Source: a virus
Taxonomy: Duplodnaviria; Heunggongvirae; Uroviricota; Caudoviricetes
Strand: one strand, 5' to 3'
IMG/VR virus record: IMGVR_UViG_650377933_000002
DNA length: 55,306 nt
Of this stretch, positions 51,501-55,306 are shown piece after piece (the first letter of the stretch is position 1; every line of letters starts with the position of its first letter). Under the pieces are notes generated by a model, which did not search any database, was not told where the DNA came from, and saw only the letters and a list, made by a program, of their open reading frames with translations. The position numbers and the translations under genes are program-made.

Positions 51501-51931
51501 GTGACTTCGTTAAAGCTGTATCCAAATCATTTCCGAAACAGGCTGGTACGTGGGGTAACACGGAAACACCAAACGGGACGGTTACAGTCACCATCAGCGA
51601 TGATCATAACTTTGACCGTCAAATCATTATTCCGCCCATTATCTTTAACGGAATAGCGTATAGCGATCCGGGAAGTGGTAATAACCCGGGAGGTACAAGA
51701 TACACGGGTTATGGTTTTGAAGTTCGCAAAAACGGTGTATTAATCGCATCCAGAGAAACTAAAGGGGCCATTCCCGGTAGCTACAGTGCGGTTATTGATA
51801 TGCCGAGTGGCAGGGGAAGCGTCACTCTGGAGTTTAAGGTTTTCCATAAAGGCAATCAGTGGGCAGGTAATATCACCGACTGTACGGTGATTGTGACCAA
51901 AAAAGCCGCTTCCGGCATCAGTATTCGTTGA
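48518..51931 (+). CDS. J: central tail fiber / host specificity protein J
   Basis: 1137-aa ORF; length, position and sequence character match lambda gpJ (1132 aa). Confidence 0.95.
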   Translation: MGKGSSKGHTPREAKDNLKSTQMLSVIDAISEGPIEGPVDGLKSVLLNSTPVLDSEGNTNISGVTVVFRAGEQEQTPPEGFESSGSETVLGTEVKYDTPITRTITSANIDRLRFTFGVQALVETTSKGDRNPSEVRLLVQIQRNGGWVTEKDITIKGKTTSQYLASVVVGNLPPRPFNIRMRRMTPDSTTDQLQNKTLWSSYTEIIDVKQCYPNTALVGVQVDSEQFGSQQVSRNYHLRGRILQVPSNYNPQTRQYSGIWDGTFKPAYSNNMAWCLWDMLTHPRYGMGKRLGASDVDKWALYVIGQYCDQSVPDGFGGTEPRITCNAWLTTQRKAWDVLSDFCSAMRCMPVWNGQTLTFVQDRPSDKVWTYNRSNVVMPDDGAPFRYSFSALKDRHNAVEVNWIDPNNGWETATELVEDTQAIARYGRNVTKMDAFGCTSRGQAHRAGLWLIKTELLETQTVDFSVGAEGLRHVPGDVIEICDDDYAGISTGGRVLAVNSQTRTLTLDREITLPSSGTTLISLVDGSGNPVSVEVQSVTDGLKVKVNRVPDGVAEYSVWGLKLPTLRQRLFRCVSIRENDDGTYAITAVQHVPEKEAIVDNGAHFDGDQSGTVNGVTPPAVQHLTAEVTADSGEYQVLARWDTPKVVKGVSFMLRLTVAADDGSERLVSTARTTETTYRFRQLALGNYSLTVRAVNAWGQQGDPASVSFRIAAPAAPSRIELTPGYFQITATPHLAVYDPTVQFEFWFSEKRITDIRQVETTARYLGTALYWIAASINIKPGHDYYFYIRSVNTVGKSAFVEAVGRASDDAEGYLDFFKGKITESHLGKELLEKVELTEDNASRLEEFSKEWKDANDKWNAMWGVKIEQTKDGKHYVAGIGLSMEDTEEGKLSQFLVAANRIAFIDPANGNETPMFVAQGNQIFMNDVFLKRLTAPTITSGGSPPVFSLTSDGKLTAKNADISGSVNANAGTLNNVTVNENCTIKGMLEATQVRGDFVKAVSKSFPKQAGTWGNTETPNGTVTVTISDDHNFDRQIIIPPIIFNGIAYSDPGSGNNPGGTRYTGYGFEVRKNGVLIASRETKGAIPGSYSAVIDMPSGRGSVTLEFKVFHKGNQWAGNITDCTVIVTKKAASGISIR

Positions 51932-52000
51932 AATTGTTATAACCCATATAAGGGCACCAGAAATGGTGCCTTTTTTATTGCAGAAAAGCGAGAGGTAATT

Positions 52001-52600
52001 ATGCGTAAACTTTATGCCGCCATTTTGTCCGCAGCCATTTGTCTGGCCGTATCCGGTGCGCCTGCATGGGCATCTGAACATCAGTCCACGCTGAGCGCGG
52101 GGTATCTTCATGCCTCGACGAACGTTCCCGGCAGCGATGATCTTAACGGGATTAACGTGAAATACCGTTATGAGTTTACGGACACACTGGGGCTGGTGAC
52201 GTCATTCAGCTATGCAGGAGACAAGAATCGCCAGCTTACCCGTTACAGCGATACCCGCTGGCATGAAGATTCCGTGCGTAACCGCTGGTTCAGCGTGATG
52301 GTGGGGCCGTCTGTGCGCGTGAATGAATGGTTCAGCGCGTATGCGATGGCGGGTATGGCTTACAGCCGTGTGTCGACTTTCTCCGGGGATTATCTCCGCG
52401 TAACTGACAACAAGGGGAAAACGCACGACGTGCTGACCGGAAGTGATGACGGTCGCCACAGCAACACGTCTCTGGCGTGGGGAGCTGGCGTGCAGTTTAA
52501 CCCGACCGAATCCGTGGCCATTGATATTGCTTATGAAGGCTCCGGCAGTGGCGACTGGCGCACTGACGGTTTCATCGTGGGTGTCGGTTATAAGTTCTGA
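52001..52600 (+). CDS. lom: outer membrane protein Lom (Ail/Lom family)
   Basis: 199-aa ORF with signal peptide ([24 protein letters not shown]) and beta-barrel C-terminus ending ..VGVGYKF, as in lambda Lom. Confidence 0.9.
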
Positions 52601-52626
52601 TTAGCCAGGTAACACAGTGTTATGAC

Positions 52627-52655
52627 AGCCCGCCGGTTCAGGCGGGCTTTTTTGT
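52627..52655 (+). terminator. intrinsic terminator after lom
   Basis: AGCCCGCC GGTTCA GGCGGGCT hairpin followed by TTTTTTG. Confidence 0.7.
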
Positions 52656-52664
52656 GGGGTGAAT

Positions 52665-54725
52665 ATGGCAGTAAAGATTTCAGGTGTACTGAAAGACGGC
52701 ACAGGAAAACCGGTACAGAACTGCACAATCCAGCTGAAAGCAAAACGTAACAGCACCACAGTTGTGGTGAACACGGTGGCCTCAGAAAATCCGGATGAAG
52801 CCGGACGTTACAGCATGGATGTTGAGTATGGCCAGTACAGCGTCGCCCTGCTGGTTGAAGGTTTTCCGCCTTCACATGCCGGGACCATCACCGTGTATGA
52901 GGATTCTAAGCCGGGGACATTGAATGATTTTCTGGGCGCTGCAACAGAAGATGATGTTTGTCCGGAGGCACTGTATCGTTTTGAAAAGATGGTGGAAGAG
53001 GCGGCACGCAACGCTGAAGCCGCCTCTCAGAGCGCAGCGGCAGCAAAGAAATCAGAAACAGCAGCGGCATCGTCCAGGAACGCGGCGAAAACATCAGAGA
53101 CGAATGCAGGTAACAGCGCGAAAGCGGCAGCTTCTTCAAAAACAGCCGCACAAAACGCAGCAACAGCGGCAGAACGTTCAGAGACAAATGCCCGTGCGTC
53201 AGAAGAAGCCTCCGCAGACAGTGAAGAGGCTTCCCGCCGTAATGCAGAGTCAGCCGCTGAAAATGCCGGAGTCGCCACCACAAAAGCGCGGGAGGCCGCA
53301 GCAGACGCAACAAAGGCCGGGCAGAAAAAGGATGAGGCTCTGTCGGCAGCGACACGAGCTGAAAAGGCGGCAGACCGCGCAGAAGCCGCAGCGGAAGTGA
53401 CTGCAGAGCCCTGTGCGAATATAGTGCCGCCGCTGCCTGATGTGTGGATACCGTTTAACGATTCACTGGATATGATTGCGGGTTTTTCTCCGGGCTATAA
53501 AAAAATAGCTATTGGTGACGATGTGGTTCAGGTCGCCAGTGATAAACAGGTTAATTTCAGTCGCGCATCAACGGCAACATATATCAACAAATCTGGCGAA
53601 CTGAAAACGGCGGAAATTAATGAGCCGCGATTTGAGTGTGATGGCCTGCTTATTGAGGGACAAAGAACGAACTACATGCTCAATTCGGAAAGTCCAGCCA
53701 GCTGGGGGAAGTCATCAAACATGGATGTGCCCGAAACCGGGACGGATAGTTTTGGTTTTACTTATGGAAAGTTTGTCTGCAACGATTCTCTGGTTGGGCA
53801 AACTTCGGCTATTAATATGGCATCAATTGCTGCAACAAAGTCAGTTGATGTCTCAGGCGATAACAAGTACGTGACAACCTCATGCCGTTTTAAAACAGAA
53901 CGACAGGTAAGGTTACGTATACGGTTTGATAAGTATGATGGTAGTGCAACAACTTTTCTTGGCGATGCGTACATTGATACGCAAACGCTTGAAATTAGTA
54001 TGACAGGTGGTGCTGCCGGCAGAATTACGGCACGAGTCAGGAAGGATAAGACCACGGGCTGGATTTTTGCAGAGGCAACGATTCAGGCAATTGATGGTGA
54101 GTTAAAAATAGGCTCTCAGATACAGTATTCTCCTGGGCAGGGTGGGGCAACAGTATCTGGTGACTATATTTATCTTGCCACCCCACAAGTAGAGAATGGG
54201 CCGTGTGTATCATCATTTATTATTTCAGGAGGCAGCGCAACGACAAGAGCCAGTGATTTGGTTAGTATCCCCACCAGAAATAATCTTTATAAGTTACCAT
54301 TTACTTTTTTACTTGAGATTCATAAAAACTGGGATATTGCACCAAACGCCGCACCCCGCGTGTGGGATATAGCAGCAGCCAATACCGGGCAATCAGCAAT
54401 TGCAGCAATCAACAGAGGTAGTGGTAAGTTATATATGAGTCTGTCAAACCCTTCAGGCTCGTATGTTAATAGCGCAGCGACAGATGTATTTGCAGAGAAA
54501 ACCACATTTGGATGTATTGCAAAAGCTGATGGTCACTTTCATGTGGTGACAAATGGTAAAGCGGTTAATGAAGTTTATTGTGAATATAATGGCGTGACCG
54601 CTGATAAAAATATCCGATTTGGAGGGCAGACGAATACTGGAGAACGACATCTGTTTGGCCATATTCGCAATTTCCGCATATGGCATAAAGAATTAAATGA
54701 CAGGCAATTAAAAGAGGTCGTATGA
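52665..54725 (+). CDS. stf: side tail fiber protein (lambda Stf-like N-terminus, divergent C-terminal receptor-binding region)
   Basis: ORF 52659..54725; ATG at 52665 (MAVKISGVLKDGTGKPVQNCTIQLKAKRNSTTVVVNTV.SENPDEAGRYSMDVEYGQYSV..) matches the lambda Stf N-terminus, followed by an Ala/Ser-rich repeat shaft and an AT-richer C-terminal domain unlike lambda Stf. Confidence 0.8.
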   Translation: MAVKISGVLKDGTGKPVQNCTIQLKAKRNSTTVVVNTVASENPDEAGRYSMDVEYGQYSVALLVEGFPPSHAGTITVYEDSKPGTLNDFLGAATEDDVCPEALYRFEKMVEEAARNAEAASQSAAAAKKSETAAASSRNAAKTSETNAGNSAKAAASSKTAAQNAATAAERSETNARASEEASADSEEASRRNAESAAENAGVATTKAREAAADATKAGQKKDEALSAATRAEKAADRAEAAAEVTAEPCANIVPPLPDVWIPFNDSLDMIAGFSPGYKKIAIGDDVVQVASDKQVNFSRASTATYINKSGELKTAEINEPRFECDGLLIEGQRTNYMLNSESPASWGKSSNMDVPETGTDSFGFTYGKFVCNDSLVGQTSAINMASIAATKSVDVSGDNKYVTTSCRFKTERQVRLRIRFDKYDGSATTFLGDAYIDTQTLEISMTGGAAGRITARVRKDKTTGWIFAEATIQAIDGELKIGSQIQYSPGQGGATVSGDYIYLATPQVENGPCVSSFIISGGSATTRASDLVSIPTRNNLYKLPFTFLLEIHKNWDIAPNAAPRVWDIAAANTGQSAIAAINRGSGKLYMSLSNPSGSYVNSAATDVFAEKTTFGCIAKADGHFHVVTNGKAVNEVYCEYNGVTADKNIRFGGQTNTGERHLFGHIRNFRIWHKELNDRQLKEVV

Positions 54726-55000
54726 AAGATTTAACTTTGAAGTTTCATGACAAACTGCAGTTTAAGGCCTTCCTGTCATCTCTTGGCTGGGCGGAAGATG
54801 AAGACCTCCAGAATAAACTGTTAGTTGATGAAATTGGTTTCACCTACACAGAAACAGGGGTAACAGAAGAGGGAGAACCTGTCTGTATCCGGAATGATGG
54901 TTATTTTGTCAACATTCGCATTCTTGATGACTTGTTTGATGTTTCTGTATTCTCTGATTATGTCGTGGAGCTGGAAACACCGCTTCGGGAATGGAGCTGA
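54722..55000 (+). CDS. hypothetical protein in the tail-fiber-assembly (tfa) position
   Basis: 92-aa acidic ORF overlapping the stf stop; no resemblance to lambda Tfa that I can recognise. Confidence 0.35.
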   Translation: MKDLTLKFHDKLQFKAFLSSLGWAEDEDLQNKLLVDEIGFTYTETGVTEEGEPVCIRNDGYFVNIRILDDLFDVSVFSDYVVELETPLREWS

Positions 55001-55012
55001 AAGGAGGAAATA

Positions 55013-55306
55013 ATGGATATAAGCCCCTTACTTCATGCACTTTGTGCTGTGGCTGCGCAGATACTGGTTGGTCTTTTTACCGGAAACTGGGCTTACGGAG
55101 CGATAGCCGGTTGTACGTTCTTCATTGCGCGTGAACATACCCAGGCAGAATATCGCTGGATTGAAATGTTCGGGCATGGCAAGCGAATGAATATGCCGTG
55201 GTGGGGCGGTTTTGATCCGCGAGCTTGGGATGTGGCAAGCCTGATGGATTTTGCTGTGCCGGTGGTGGCGTGTCTGCTGGTCTGGCTGTTGGTTAATCGT
55301 GGGTGA
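55013..55306 (+). CDS. hypothetical membrane protein
   Basis: 97-aa ORF with two hydrophobic segments (..LCAVAAQILVGLF.. and ..FAVPVVACLLVWLLV..); stop codon at the window end. Confidence 0.35.
   Translation: MDISPLLHALCAVAAQILVGLFTGNWAYGAIAGCTFFIAREHTQAEYRWIEMFGHGKRMNMPWWGGFDPRAWDVASLMDFAVPVVACLLVWLLVNRG

Noticed and set aside
52906-53400. Alternative-frame ORFs of 149-158 aa within stf
   Set aside because: Products of the Ala/Ser-rich repeat shaft region read out of frame; the stf frame is continuous and matches lambda Stf at its N-terminus.

Overview
This window is a mosaic lambdoid prophage of an Escherichia-type host. All protein identities are from reading the six-frame translations and recalling lambda and DLP12 proteins; no database search was run. 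Left to right: int and xis (minus strand), the lambda Red genes (exo, bet, gam), an immunity region (CI-like repressor, Cro-like and YdaT/CII-like regulators), lambda-type O/P/ren with origin iterons inside O, a DLP12-like cargo block (emrE, ybcK serine recombinase, a secreted esterase, ybcN, ninE, ybcO, rusA, ylcG, Q), an opposite-strand porin gene, a lysis cassette (pinholin, SAR-type lysozyme, Rz/Rz1, bor), cos, and a lambda-type head and tail set (Nu1, A, W, B, C, D, E, FI, FII, Z, U, V, G/T, H, M, L, K, I, J, lom, stf). Two things stand out. First, the major capsid gene E is split by an ~11.1 kb integrative satellite-like element bounded by a 10-bp direct repeat. It carries a P4-type integrase, AlpA, a primase-helicase, an iteron origin, an SSB-like protein, its own E-like and D-like capsid genes, a second cos site with divergent cosN, and an AT-rich DUF262 + HEPN-like gene pair. 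Second, an AT-rich two-gene cassette (GNAT-like/PUA-like fusion protein + ASCH protein) sits in the rexAB-equivalent slot next to the repressor. Both cassettes are candidate anti-phage or conflict systems that I cannot assign to a named family from sequence alone.
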